From positions 750 through 64,749 of the forward strand of contig JAHZCF010000066.1 in NCBI GenBank assembly GCA_019423005.1: DNA of 64,000 nt. Direction: 5' to 3'. Below are positions 44,667 through 53,380 of this stretch, one piece after another. Numbering within the stretch: position 1 is the stretch's first letter; the number at the start of each line of letters is the position of its first letter. This DNA is from Haemophilus sp. GTDB taxonomy: Bacteria > Pseudomonadota > Gammaproteobacteria > Enterobacterales > Pasteurellaceae. Both the position numbers and the translations under genes were made by a program. A model generated the notes under the pieces. The model was not told the origin of the DNA. It did not search any database and was given only the letters and a program-made list of their open reading frames with translations.

Positions 44667-44823
44667 TTTTTTCTTTCTCTCAGCATTCGATCATTTTCAC
44701 CAAAAATACTATTCAAGCAGGTTTTTCTTTTACGAAGAAGCCGAGAGGGTAGCGCGCCATTTAATGGAAAATGACCCTAACGTATGGGCCGTAAAAATTC
44801 AAAAAATGGGAGGTGAAAAATGA
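44659..44823 (+). CDS. Small hypothetical protein (54 aa), not in the ORF track
   Basis: MRNFFFLSAFDHFHQKYYSSRFFFYEEAERVARHLMENDPNVWAVKIQKMGGEK; GGGGGA RBS; overlaps the ash stop and shares ATGA with the next gene. Confidence 0.65.
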   Translation: MRNFFFLSAFDHFHQKYYSSRFFFYEEAERVARHLMENDPNVWAVKIQKMGGEK

Positions 44824-45146
44824 GCAGAGAATTAATAACAACGACAGATGGGATCTTAATTTATCGAGATTCTGAAAAAGATAAAAAGGCGAATCCTTCA
44901 ATTTTATTGATTAATGATTTGGCCAAACATTTCCTTATTCCTAAGTATGATGAACATAAAAATGTAACAGATGCATTGGCTTTTTATAGCGTGTGCTATT
45001 TAGCTTTAATGAAAGAATTAAAAGGCACGGAAGTTTTAGAGTGGATTAATAGAAATTTATGCGATGTGTATTCGCATAATGGCGGTTTTCCACTTGAACA
45101 AACACTTGAAAAATATGCAGAAACAAAATCACAAAAAGGAGAATAG
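44820..45146 (+). CDS. Hypothetical protein
   Basis: 108 aa, GGAGG RBS, within the operon. Confidence 0.7.
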   Translation: MSRELITTTDGILIYRDSEKDKKANPSILLINDLAKHFLIPKYDEHKNVTDALAFYSVCYLALMKELKGTEVLEWINRNLCDVYSHNGGFPLEQTLEKYAETKSQKGE

Positions 45147-45148
45147 AA

Positions 45149-45520
45149 ATGAGTAGAGCGAAATTAGAAGCATTAATTGATAGCGCAATGCAACAAATCA
45201 AAACGGCCTTATTTAATGAGTTTGATGAAGTGATGAAATCCATGAAAAAAGATGAATTAGAAAAGTTAAAACAGAAGGAACAAGATGTGCTTCAACGACA
45301 AATTCAAGAGACAAAGATCAGTGCAGCTATTGAACAGTCAAGAATGCCAAGCGGTGATAGATATTTTTCAATCAAAGAAATTGCAGAAACTGGCTTATGT
45401 TCAGAACCTACTATTAAACGTTGGATAGCAAGCGGCAAATTAAAATCTTATAAGTTTGGCAGAAGTCGTAAAGTTGCTGAAAGTGATTTGAATGCCTATT
45501 TAGCTATTTGCAAACAATAA
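45149..45520 (+). CDS. Coiled-coil plus excisionase-type HTH protein
   Basis: YFSIKEIAE...SEPTIKRWIASGKLKSYKFGRSRKVAESDL. Confidence 0.82.
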   Translation: MSRAKLEALIDSAMQQIKTALFNEFDEVMKSMKKDELEKLKQKEQDVLQRQIQETKISAAIEQSRMPSGDRYFSIKEIAETGLCSEPTIKRWIASGKLKSYKFGRSRKVAESDLNAYLAICKQ

Positions 45521-45561
45521 GATATGACAGCGAAGACCAAGATTTAAACAAAGGATAGAAC

Positions 45562-45855
45562 ATGATGCAACAACAAGAACAACCACTAACCGTAGAGAGC
45601 CTAAAGCGTATTCTTGCTAACCATGACGAACGCCTAAGCCGTTTGGAGAATGATAAGAAAGCTTATGGATTAGATGAAATCTGGACAGCGAAAGACGTGG
45701 CTCAATACGCAAAGATTTCTTATGGCTATTTTATGCAAAAGTTAGCTATTGACCCAGCTTTCCCCGCAAGCGTTGGAACACAAAAGAAAAACGCTCCGAA
45801 GAAGTATCGTGCGGAAGATGTAATTGCGTTTTTTAAGAATAGAAATAAAGCATAG
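45562..45855 (+). CDS. Small winged-helix DNA-binding protein (AlpA/Xis-like)
   Basis: WTAKDVAQY...PAFP...KYRAEDVIAF. Confidence 0.7.
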   Translation: MMQQQEQPLTVESLKRILANHDERLSRLENDKKAYGLDEIWTAKDVAQYAKISYGYFMQKLAIDPAFPASVGTQKKNAPKKYRAEDVIAFFKNRNKA

Positions 45856-45864
45856 GGGGGATAT

Positions 45865-48141
45865 ATGGCAAAAGTACAAAATTTTGATGAAGTAAACCGT
45901 AAAGATAATCTTGAAGACGTTTTGATAGTAGGCGATAAAGCGCATTTTTACTGGAAAAATTACCCAAATCGCAATAATAAAAAAGAATGGGTATATAGTG
46001 AAGAATGGCTGTTATTTTGCAAAATCATACAGCAATCTACTGATGAAACGCCTTTAATTTTAGACTTGTCAACGCATCCAAATATTCAAGATATAGAGAT
46101 TGCGAAACAGCAAGAATATTTATCAATTATTTTCCTTGATGGCGTAACTGAAGCGCAAAAAAGCGCTCTTTTTCTCAATCTTGCAAAAACAACACAGATA
46201 AGAATTATAAAAATATTTGATCAGAATCTTGTTGCTCAAGATATAGCGCCTGATTTTTTACAGAAAATACGCAATGACGAAGAGCTTTCTAATATACAAG
46301 CTATGCATGCCAAAGAAGCAGAAGAAAATGCAGATAGCGACACCCCAATCATGATAAAAACCGCCAAGCCCGCAGAAATTAAATTTGCGGATAATGGCAT
46401 TAAAAAAGGGCTTTTCTTGATTGATGAGAACGACAAGGGAATAAACTATCATTGGCTATCTGATAAATTTGATGTTATCGGGCAAGGAGTGGAAATCGAA
46501 GAAGGAAACTTGCACTACTCAATGCTCCGCTTTAAATCCAACGGCAACCGCGAAGAAATCACGGAGGCTATTTTACAAGGTGAAATTGCAAGCGCGGAAA
46601 CATTCAAAAACTTAAGAAATAAAGGGTTAGAGATAAATTATGTCACTAAACACCACCCATTTTTAGCGAACTATATTTCATCCAAAACCATTACTTCGCC
46701 TAAATGGCGTATTGTATCAAGTTCAGGTTGGAAAAATGGCGCGTATATTTACCCAAACGGCGAAATAATCGGAGAAATGGACAATAAACAGCCATTATTT
46801 TTACGAAATCAACCGATTAACGCTGATTTATTTAACCAATCTTGCACATTGGCAGAATGGCGAGAAAATGTTGCGAAATATGCCAAAGGAAATGATTTAA
46901 TCATTCTTTCGTTGCTTTTTGCCTTAACAGCGCCAGTTGTAAAAATTGTCAATGCGCCACATTTTGGCATTCATATTTATGGCGATAGTTCAAAAGGTAA
47001 ATCTATTTGTAGCCATATCGCCAACAGCGTTTACGGCCACGGAAAAGATTTAGAACGCTCTTGGAGTGCAACTCGAACCGCCTTAATTAATGAAGCCATA
47101 GCGCGGAATGATTGCCTATTAGTGATGGATGAATTAACGAACCTTTCACCCGATCTAGGTGTGGGTATTACTTATGAACTATTTCAAGGCATAGAGAAAA
47201 TGCGCGGCAATGCCGATAACGGACAAAATCGAAGAATCCGAAACTGGCAAACTATGATCTTAAGTAACGGAGAAAAAAATCTAGTAGACCAGTTAAAGGA
47301 TATTTTCAAAGAGAAAAAAGGAAATGTAGTCAAAGCTGGGGAACTTGTCAGAATGCTGAATATCCCATTTGAAGGGCTCACTAATTTTCATCAATTTGCC
47401 TTAGATCCTAATTTACCTACACCTTATCACAAATCATTAGCATTTGTTGATTTTATCAAAGGCAATACTGGCAAATTTTACGGCGTAGCGGGCAGGGAAT
47501 GGATTAATTTTATCATTCAGAATAAAACCCTACTCAATACAGAAAAGGAAAAGCACGAGCGAGCATTTATTGACAAAATGATCGCATCAAAACCGAAAGA
47601 TATTGCCTATGAAGAACTCAACCAAATAGGGCGCGTAGCGAAGAATTTTGCATTATTGGAAACCGTTGGGAAATGCTCAAAGTATATTACAGGCTTAAAT
47701 GATGATGAAATAGAAGCAGCAATTTTCAACTGCTTTACATTATGGGTAAATGAATTTGGCTGGGGAAATAAGGAAAAAATGCAGATTATCGAAAATCTAG
47801 ATTTATTCATCCAGCAGAATATAGGCGATCTTTATCACGTTAGAAATAAGCAGATTGTAAACACGCCAGTAAGCAAAAAATTTGTAGGGTTTTATTTTGA
47901 AGAAGATACGCGGGAAAATTCTTATCTAATATTAGACAAGCGGAATCTACTTTTAGAAATGGGGGCTTTTCCAGAGAAAAAAATCATTGAATCTTTGCTC
48001 AAAGAAAAGCGATTAATCAGAACGGAACGAAAAGATAAGGATACATGGCGCAATGAATCAACCTATCCAACCTTGCAGGATAAAAACATTACAACACCAA
48101 CAAAAAGAGGGTTAAAAATCACCCTACCATTGGAGGAATAA
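45865..48141 (+). CDS. DUF927 (Cch-like) replicative helicase/initiator
   Basis: SGWKNGAYIYP, Walker A GDSSKGKS, Walker B LLVMDE, LSNGE, GELVRM, YGVAGREW. Confidence 0.85.
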   Translation: MAKVQNFDEVNRKDNLEDVLIVGDKAHFYWKNYPNRNNKKEWVYSEEWLLFCKIIQQSTDETPLILDLSTHPNIQDIEIAKQQEYLSIIFLDGVTEAQKSALFLNLAKTTQIRIIKIFDQNLVAQDIAPDFLQKIRNDEELSNIQAMHAKEAEENADSDTPIMIKTAKPAEIKFADNGIKKGLFLIDENDKGINYHWLSDKFDVIGQGVEIEEGNLHYSMLRFKSNGNREEITEAILQGEIASAETFKNLRNKGLEINYVTKHHPFLANYISSKTITSPKWRIVSSSGWKNGAYIYPNGEIIGEMDNKQPLFLRNQPINADLFNQSCTLAEWRENVAKYAKGNDLIILSLLFALTAPVVKIVNAPHFGIHIYGDSSKGKSICSHIANSVYGHGKDLERSWSATRTALINEAIARNDCLLVMDELTNLSPDLGVGITYELFQGIEKMRGNADNGQNRRIRNWQTMILSNGEKNLVDQLKDIFKEKKGNVVKAGELVRMLNIPFEGLTNFHQFALDPNLPTPYHKSLAFVDFIKGNTGKFYGVAGREWINFIIQNKTLLNTEKEKHERAFIDKMIASKPKDIAYEELNQIGRVAKNFALLETVGKCSKYITGLNDDEIEAAIFNCFTLWVNEFGWGNKEKMQIIENLDLFIQQNIGDLYHVRNKQIVNTPVSKKFVGFYFEEDTRENSYLILDKRNLLLEMGAFPEKKIIESLLKEKRLIRTERKDKDTWRNESTYPTLQDKNITTPTKRGLKITLPLEE

Positions 48142-48142
48142 A

Positions 48143-48171
48143 TAAAGGCGGTTCGATTGAATCGCCTTTTT
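48143..48171 (+). terminator. Terminator after the helicase gene
   Basis: aaaaggcggttc-gatt-gaatcgcctttt. Confidence 0.75.
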
Positions 48172-48247
48172 ATACAGTAGTGCATTTAACATAATACAGG
48201 TGATTATTAATCTTTTTGACCTTTTTCTAGAGAAAACCAAAAATAAC

Positions 48248-48498
48248 GGGGGAAAAGTGGGAAAGTGGGAAAATATAATAATTAACTTATAAATTTATAA
48301 TTAAATCAATATATTATATAATTATTTATGTTTTTTGATTTTCCCCCCGTTTCCCACTTTTCCCCCTTTCTTGAAATTGGAAGGGATACAAAAAGGGGAA
48401 TTTTTCCAAAAGGGGGGAAAATGGGGGAAAATTTCCCGATTTTTTTTATATTTTTATCAATGAGTTACAAGTTTTTTCCCACTTTTCCCACTTTCCCC
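48248..48498. repeat. Putative replication origin: GGGAAA iterons in convergent clusters around AT-rich spacers
   Basis: GGGAAA clusters (48248-48273, 48395-48431) face TTTCCC clusters (48339-48366, 48472-48498); IHF consensus in both spacers. Confidence 0.75.
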
Positions 48499-48769
48499 TG
48501 AAAAATAGGGAGCTGCCAAAAAAATACAAGTAAGAAAAATACAACAAAATTTCTATACAGTGGTTATTAATCTTCTCAAGAATAAAATTTGACATCTAAA
48601 TATTCAATCTTACTTTTCTCGTAAAATCTGAATCTAATCACCGCCATATTTCACGTAAACGCATTGTCAAAAAAATGAACATATAAAACAAAATTAAAGA
48701 TTGACCGTTAAATCTCTTTTTCCCATAATCGCCCTTTAAACAAGGACAAATAACAGGAAAATTTATTTT

Positions 48770-48802
48770 TAACTCCCTGTATAACTCCCTGTATAACTCC
48801 CT
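48770..48802 (+). repeat. Putative integrase arm-type sites, right
   Basis: (TAACTCCCTGTA)x2 plus TAACTCCCT in tandem. Confidence 0.78.
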
Positions 48803-48866
48803 AACGGGCTATGCAGAATATCAAGGTTTTAGACTACACAAGGCTTAAGAAGAAAAAATCGTTGTT

Positions 48867-48880
48867 CCCTCTCACCGCCA
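48867..48880 (+). repeat. attR core
   Basis: CCCTCTCACCGCCA duplicates the tRNA-Ser 3' end. Confidence 0.92.
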
Positions 48881-49037
48881 TTCAAATATTTTCTTTTCTG
48901 AATTTAAAATCATCTTTTAAACTGATTCATTTTGAGATCTAGAATTTACGCTATTTTTTTGTACAAAATATGCGTTGAATTGATTACTTTCGCTGAAAAA
49001 GCAAATTAGAAAAACAATAATAGATTGAGATGAGTTA

Positions 49038-49114
<77 letters not shown>

Positions 49115-49166
49115 ATTTCAAGGGTTACATCTTTTGTATGGAATTTCGAGGGAAATATAAAAGAAG

Positions 49167-49243
49167 TGGTCGGCGAGATAGGATTTGAACCTACGACCCA
49201 CTGGTCCCAAACCAGTTGCGCTACCAAGCTGCGCTACTCGCCG
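49167..49243 (-). tRNA. tRNA-Pro(TGG)
   Basis: CGGCGAGTAGCGCAG...TT-TGG-GA...GGTTCAAATCC...ACCA. Confidence 0.95.
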
Positions 49244-49420
49244 ACGATGGGCTCAATTATAGTGAGCTTTTCTTTCCAGTCAATTAATTTTTTAGATTCC
49301 TCTTTCAATTGCTCAAAATTATTCCAGTTTTTCAACCGCACTTTTGTTGTCTTTGTAATATAAGGCGTTGTCAGTTAAAATAGCAAACGTTTACTTAATG
49401 CCATCTTGAGGAAAAAACGC

Positions 49421-50278
49421 ATGACTGCTCAAATTATTTCAGGTACTGAACTCTCAAAAAAAATTAAATCGGATGTTGCCAATAAAATTGAACATTATCG
49501 TGCTCAAGGTAAACGTGCGCCAGGGCTCGCAGTAATTTTGGTGGGGGCAGATCCTGCTTCTCAAGTCTATGTAGGCAGTAAACGAAAAAGTTGTGAGGAA
49601 ATCGGGATGGTTTCAAAATATTATGATTTACCTGAAACCACTTCGGAAGCAGAACTATTGCAACTGATAGATCAATTGAATGCTGATGAAACCATTGATG
49701 GTATTCTCGTGCAGCTTCCATTGCCTGAACAAATTAATAGCACATCAGTGATTGAGCGTATTAGCCCTGAAAAAGATGTGGATGGTTTCCACCCTTATAA
49801 TGTGGGGCGTTTATGCCAACGTATCCCAACTTTACGTGCTTGCACCCCTTATGGCGTGATGAAATTATTAGAAACTACAGGCATTGATTTACACGGTAAA
49901 CATGCAGTGATCGTTGGAGCTTCAAATATTGTAGGACGCCCGATGTCGCTTGAATTATTACTGGCAGGCGCTACTGTTACGGTAACGCACCGTTTTACCA
50001 AAGATTTAGAGCATCATATTCGTCAGGCGGATGTTTTAGTGGTGGCCGTCGGCAAGCCTCGTTTTATTCCGGGCGATTGGATTAAGGAAGGGGCCACAGT
50101 CATTGATGTGGGGATTAATCGCATCAATGGCAAATTAGTGGGTGATGTGGAATATGATGTGGCGATACAAAAAGCGGCTTATATTACGCCAGTACCGGGT
50201 GGAGTCGGGCCAATGACAGTTGCCATGCTGATGTTTAATACACTTTATGCCTATGAGCGTAACAATCAACTTGTTTAA
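49421..50278 (+). CDS. folD: Methylenetetrahydrofolate dehydrogenase/cyclohydrolase
   Basis: [27 protein letters not shown]. Confidence 0.96.
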   Translation: MTAQIISGTELSKKIKSDVANKIEHYRAQGKRAPGLAVILVGADPASQVYVGSKRKSCEEIGMVSKYYDLPETTSEAELLQLIDQLNADETIDGILVQLPLPEQINSTSVIERISPEKDVDGFHPYNVGRLCQRIPTLRACTPYGVMKLLETTGIDLHGKHAVIVGASNIVGRPMSLELLLAGATVTVTHRFTKDLEHHIRQADVLVVAVGKPRFIPGDWIKEGATVIDVGINRINGKLVGDVEYDVAIQKAAYITPVPGGVGPMTVAMLMFNTLYAYERNNQLV

Positions 50279-50284
50279 GAAATA

Positions 50285-50320
50285 AAAAAGTGCGGTTAAA
50301 TTGATTTGACCGCACTTTTT
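50285..50320. terminator. Bidirectional uptake-sequence terminator between folD and ndh
   Basis: aaaaagtgcggttaaa...tttgaccgcacttttt. Confidence 0.78.
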
Positions 50321-50323
50321 GTA

Positions 50324-51658
50324 TTAATGTAATTTCAATCTTGGTTTTAAATAGTGGTTAAGTTTATCCACTAAAATAATCAAGCCAATCTTAATACATC
50401 CATGCAAAGCATGTTGATGCATACGATATAAAGACACATACGCAAATTGCGCAAATTTACCTTGAACAGTTAGTGGGTTTTTCCCAAATTTATTTGAAAT
50501 GCTACCCAATGCGGTAAAGCTTGAAAGAGAAACCAAGGTGCCTTTATCGTTGTATTTGAATGCTTTTAATGGTTTTTGCTCAAAAAGTGCAAAGATATTT
50601 TTTGCACAAGCTTTTGCCATTTGATGTGCCGCTTGCGCTCTTGGCGGGACTAATTTACCGTTTGGTTGCATTAATGCTGCACAGTCACCAATGGCGAAAA
50701 TACTGTCATCCACCGTAGTTTGAAGGGTATCTTTTACCACTAATTGATTGATACGGTTAAGCTCTAATCCATCGAATTGCTGTGTCACCGTTGAGGTACG
50801 AACACCCGCCGCCCACACAATCAGATCAGCTTTGATTTCTTCGCCATCTTTGGTAATAAGCGTGTTTGGTTGGGCTTCCGTGATCATCGTATTTAATTTC
50901 ACGTTAGCACCCATTTCTTGCAATTCCTCTAATACCGCTGCAGATAAATTTTCAGGTAGTGCCGGTAATAAGCGAGGACCTGCTTCAACTAAGGTAACTT
51001 GCAAGCAAGAATTATCAATTTTACCGTAACCGTAAGAAGATAAGTCTTCAGTCGCGTGATAGAGCTCAGCAGTTAATTCCACGCCAGTTGCACCACCGCC
51101 AACAATCGCAATATTGACTTTGCTCTCATCGACTAATTTCTGTTTAAATTCTTCTTCACCAATATCGTCTAATGCACGGTTTTCAGAGAATTTAAGGAAT
51201 AATTCCAACATTCGTTGTTGGAAGCGAAGTGCTTGATCAGAGCTGTCTAAGAAAATACAGTTATCGGTCACACCTTTTGTATTGAAATCGTTGGATTTAC
51301 TGCCAATCGCAATCACTAAGTAATCATAAGGAATACGACGCGCCACCACGAGCATATCGCCTTCTTGCCCATAAACAGGGGCAAGTTCAACATATTTTTG
51401 CTCACGATTAATGCGCGTGATCGAACCTTGCTCAAAACTGAAATGGTGGTTTTTACCATGTGCACGGTAGCTCAGAGAATCTGTGCCATCATCCATTACA
51501 CCTGTTGCAATTTCATGTAATAAGGGTTTCCACAAGTGGGTTGCATTGCGATCCACAAGCGTCACTTTAGCCTGTTTTTTGCGACCTAATTTGTCGCCTA
51601 AAAATGTCGCTAATTCAATGCCGCCGGCGCCACCGCCAACGATCACGACGTTTTTCAT
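50324..51658 (-). CDS. ndh: Type II NADH dehydrogenase
   Basis: Two GGGxxG Rossmann motifs, WKPLLHE, AQAAHQ. Confidence 0.93.
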   Translation of the reverse strand: MKNVVIVGGGAGGIELATFLGDKLGRKKQAKVTLVDRNATHLWKPLLHEIATGVMDDGTDSLSYRAHGKNHHFSFEQGSITRINREQKYVELAPVYGQEGDMLVVARRIPYDYLVIAIGSKSNDFNTKGVTDNCIFLDSSDQALRFQQRMLELFLKFSENRALDDIGEEEFKQKLVDESKVNIAIVGGGATGVELTAELYHATEDLSSYGYGKIDNSCLQVTLVEAGPRLLPALPENLSAAVLEELQEMGANVKLNTMITEAQPNTLITKDGEEIKADLIVWAAGVRTSTVTQQFDGLELNRINQLVVKDTLQTTVDDSIFAIGDCAALMQPNGKLVPPRAQAAHQMAKACAKNIFALFEQKPLKAFKYNDKGTLVSLSSFTALGSISNKFGKNPLTVQGKFAQFAYVSLYRMHQHALHGCIKIGLIILVDKLNHYLKPRLKLH

Positions 51659-51681
51659 AAAGTACTCCTAAAAGCAAAATT

Positions 51682-51705
51682 GTTAAAAATGTTAAACTAA
51701 TGTAA
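51682..51705. promoter_or_regulatory. ArcA-box-like site upstream of ndh
   Basis: GTTAAACTAATGTAA plus an upstream GTTA, versus consensus GTTAATTAAATGTTA. Confidence 0.4.
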
Positions 51706-51758
51706 TAATAGCATAACAAATAAACAAGACGAAAAAATTTAATGGAAATGACCGCACT

Positions 51759-52382
51759 TTATTGATGACAGCGCTCGTAAAGCGGTTGTAATTGTTGGAT
51801 GGTTTGCGTGATAAATAAAACAGGATCAATTTGGCTTAGTTGATCTTTTTCAATACTTTTCCCAATACACCAAAAATCATCCTCTGAACGCAAGAGAAGA
51901 TCTTTTTCAGAAATGTTTTTCACTTGGCGAAAATCATCATATTCGCTTTCATCTTCTCGCCAAATATCAAAATCAGCAAATTGTTTAAAATTAAATTGAT
52001 CAAGCCACTGATTATATTGTTGCACATTAATTTGTGAGCGATCTGCACGATAGCAATGCCAATCTAAACACACTCTTAGTCGGCGACGATTTAATAGCAC
52101 AGAAAAGATTGCTGCAGAATTTTGGTTGAACTCGTATTTAAAATAAGCGAAGAAATGCGCCCGTACTTGCCAGCCATTGGTCCAACTTTCAATATGCGGC
52201 TTCGCAAAAGGTGTGCCAAGTTGCTTTGCGACTTCTTGAATAATCGCTTTCCAGTTATCCCAATGTAATTTGTAATCCGCTTTAATCGCCGGAATATCTT
52301 CCGGACAGAATTTCTTCATTTGGGCGAATTGATAGAAAGGAATATTGAACAGTTCACAAGATTCAGCCGTAAGCGAGAGCAT
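51759..52382 (-). CDS. HI_0552-like conserved protein
   Basis: HIESWTNGWQVRAHFFAYFKY; downstream of apaH. Confidence 0.7.
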   Translation of the reverse strand: MLSLTAESCELFNIPFYQFAQMKKFCPEDIPAIKADYKLHWDNWKAIIQEVAKQLGTPFAKPHIESWTNGWQVRAHFFAYFKYEFNQNSAAIFSVLLNRRRLRVCLDWHCYRADRSQINVQQYNQWLDQFNFKQFADFDIWREDESEYDDFRQVKNISEKDLLLRSEDDFWCIGKSIEKDQLSQIDPVLFITQTIQQLQPLYERCHQ

Positions 52383-52391
52383 AGTGTTTCC

Positions 52392-53219
52392 TTAAAAATC
52401 ACTGTAATTTTTGACCGCACTTTGTGTGAAGAATTGTTTGTCTTCCCAACGCAACATGGTCATTCGATTATTCCACACACATCCTGTATCCAAGGCATAA
52501 ATACCTTTTGGAGTTGGCTCATCGACTAAACTTGCCCAATGCCCAAAGACAATGGGAATTTGTTTATAAAGTGGATTATCTAAATTAAACCAAGGCGTGA
52601 GCCCTGCTGGCGCATCTTTTAAAGGGGATTTACAAGCAAAATCAAAGCGATGATCCAAATAGCAAAAACGCATTCGAGTGAAAGCATTAATAATGTAACG
52701 ATGACGCGCTAAGCCCTGTAAATCGGGCGACCAGCGATCTGGCTGTTCAGAATACATATTTTCAATGAGATAATGAAAGTCACCATGTTGTAAAATCTGT
52801 TCAACTTCAGCCGCACAAGATTTTGCAGTTTTCAAATCCCAATCAGGCGAAATACCTGCGTGTGCCATCAGGAAGTTTAATTCTTCATTATGCACAAGTA
52901 ATGGTTGATGGCGTAACCAATGAATCAGTTCATCAAAATCGGGTGCATTAAAAATAGCATCGACATGATCACGCGGTTTTACCTTTTTAATACCCAGTGC
53001 GGTCGCAATTAAATGTAAATCGTGATTCCCTAGTACAGTTTGTGCTGCATTACCAAGTGATTTTACGAAACGAAGACATTCAAGTGATTTATCCCCACGG
53101 GCCACAAGATCCCCCACAAGATAAAGTTTATCTTGCGTAGGATTGAAATCTACACGTTCTAATAAAAGCTGTAATTCATCATAACAGCCTTGCAAATCAC
53201 CGACGAAATAGGTTGCCAT
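52392..53219 (-). CDS. apaH: Symmetrical diadenosine tetraphosphatase
   Basis: [27 protein letters not shown]. Confidence 0.95.
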   Translation of the reverse strand: MATYFVGDLQGCYDELQLLLERVDFNPTQDKLYLVGDLVARGDKSLECLRFVKSLGNAAQTVLGNHDLHLIATALGIKKVKPRDHVDAIFNAPDFDELIHWLRHQPLLVHNEELNFLMAHAGISPDWDLKTAKSCAAEVEQILQHGDFHYLIENMYSEQPDRWSPDLQGLARHRYIINAFTRMRFCYLDHRFDFACKSPLKDAPAGLTPWFNLDNPLYKQIPIVFGHWASLVDEPTPKGIYALDTGCVWNNRMTMLRWEDKQFFTQSAVKNYSDF

Positions 53220-53380
53220 TTTTTCTATAATGCTCCAGTTATGGTTATTAGGTTCTGGCAGTCTTTATGCTAAAGATTTGCTATAAATTCTAGCACAGAT
53301 TTTTTGTGAAGATACTATTCATTTCATGATCTTAAAATAGTAAGATAGCCTGCAATTTAAGGCAGATATGATGTTTTTCT

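Larger units (their letters stand above)
37738..48880 (+). mobile_element. Integrated phage satellite (P4/PICI-like), about 11.1 kb
   Basis: 14-bp direct repeat CCCTCTCACCGCCA at both ends; integrase, AlpA, Ogr, Ash/Icd, capsid and DUF927 genes, all on the + strand. Confidence 0.93.

Noticed and set aside
48171..48200. LexA box in the island (TATACAG half-sites)
   Set aside because: No complete CTGT-N8-ACAG found, so direct SOS control is unsupported.
48770..48802. Tandem 12-bp repeat as a CRISPR array or VNTR
   Set aside because: No spacers and no cas genes; the same motif at the other island end is better explained as integrase arm sites.
37738..48880. Complete prophage or canonical cf-PICI
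   Set aside because: No portal, terminase, protease/scaffold, head-tail, tail or lysis genes are recognisable, and the capsid is P2 gpN type.
49166..49363. 65-aa ORF from the track
   Set aside because: Antisense to tRNA-Pro; spurious.
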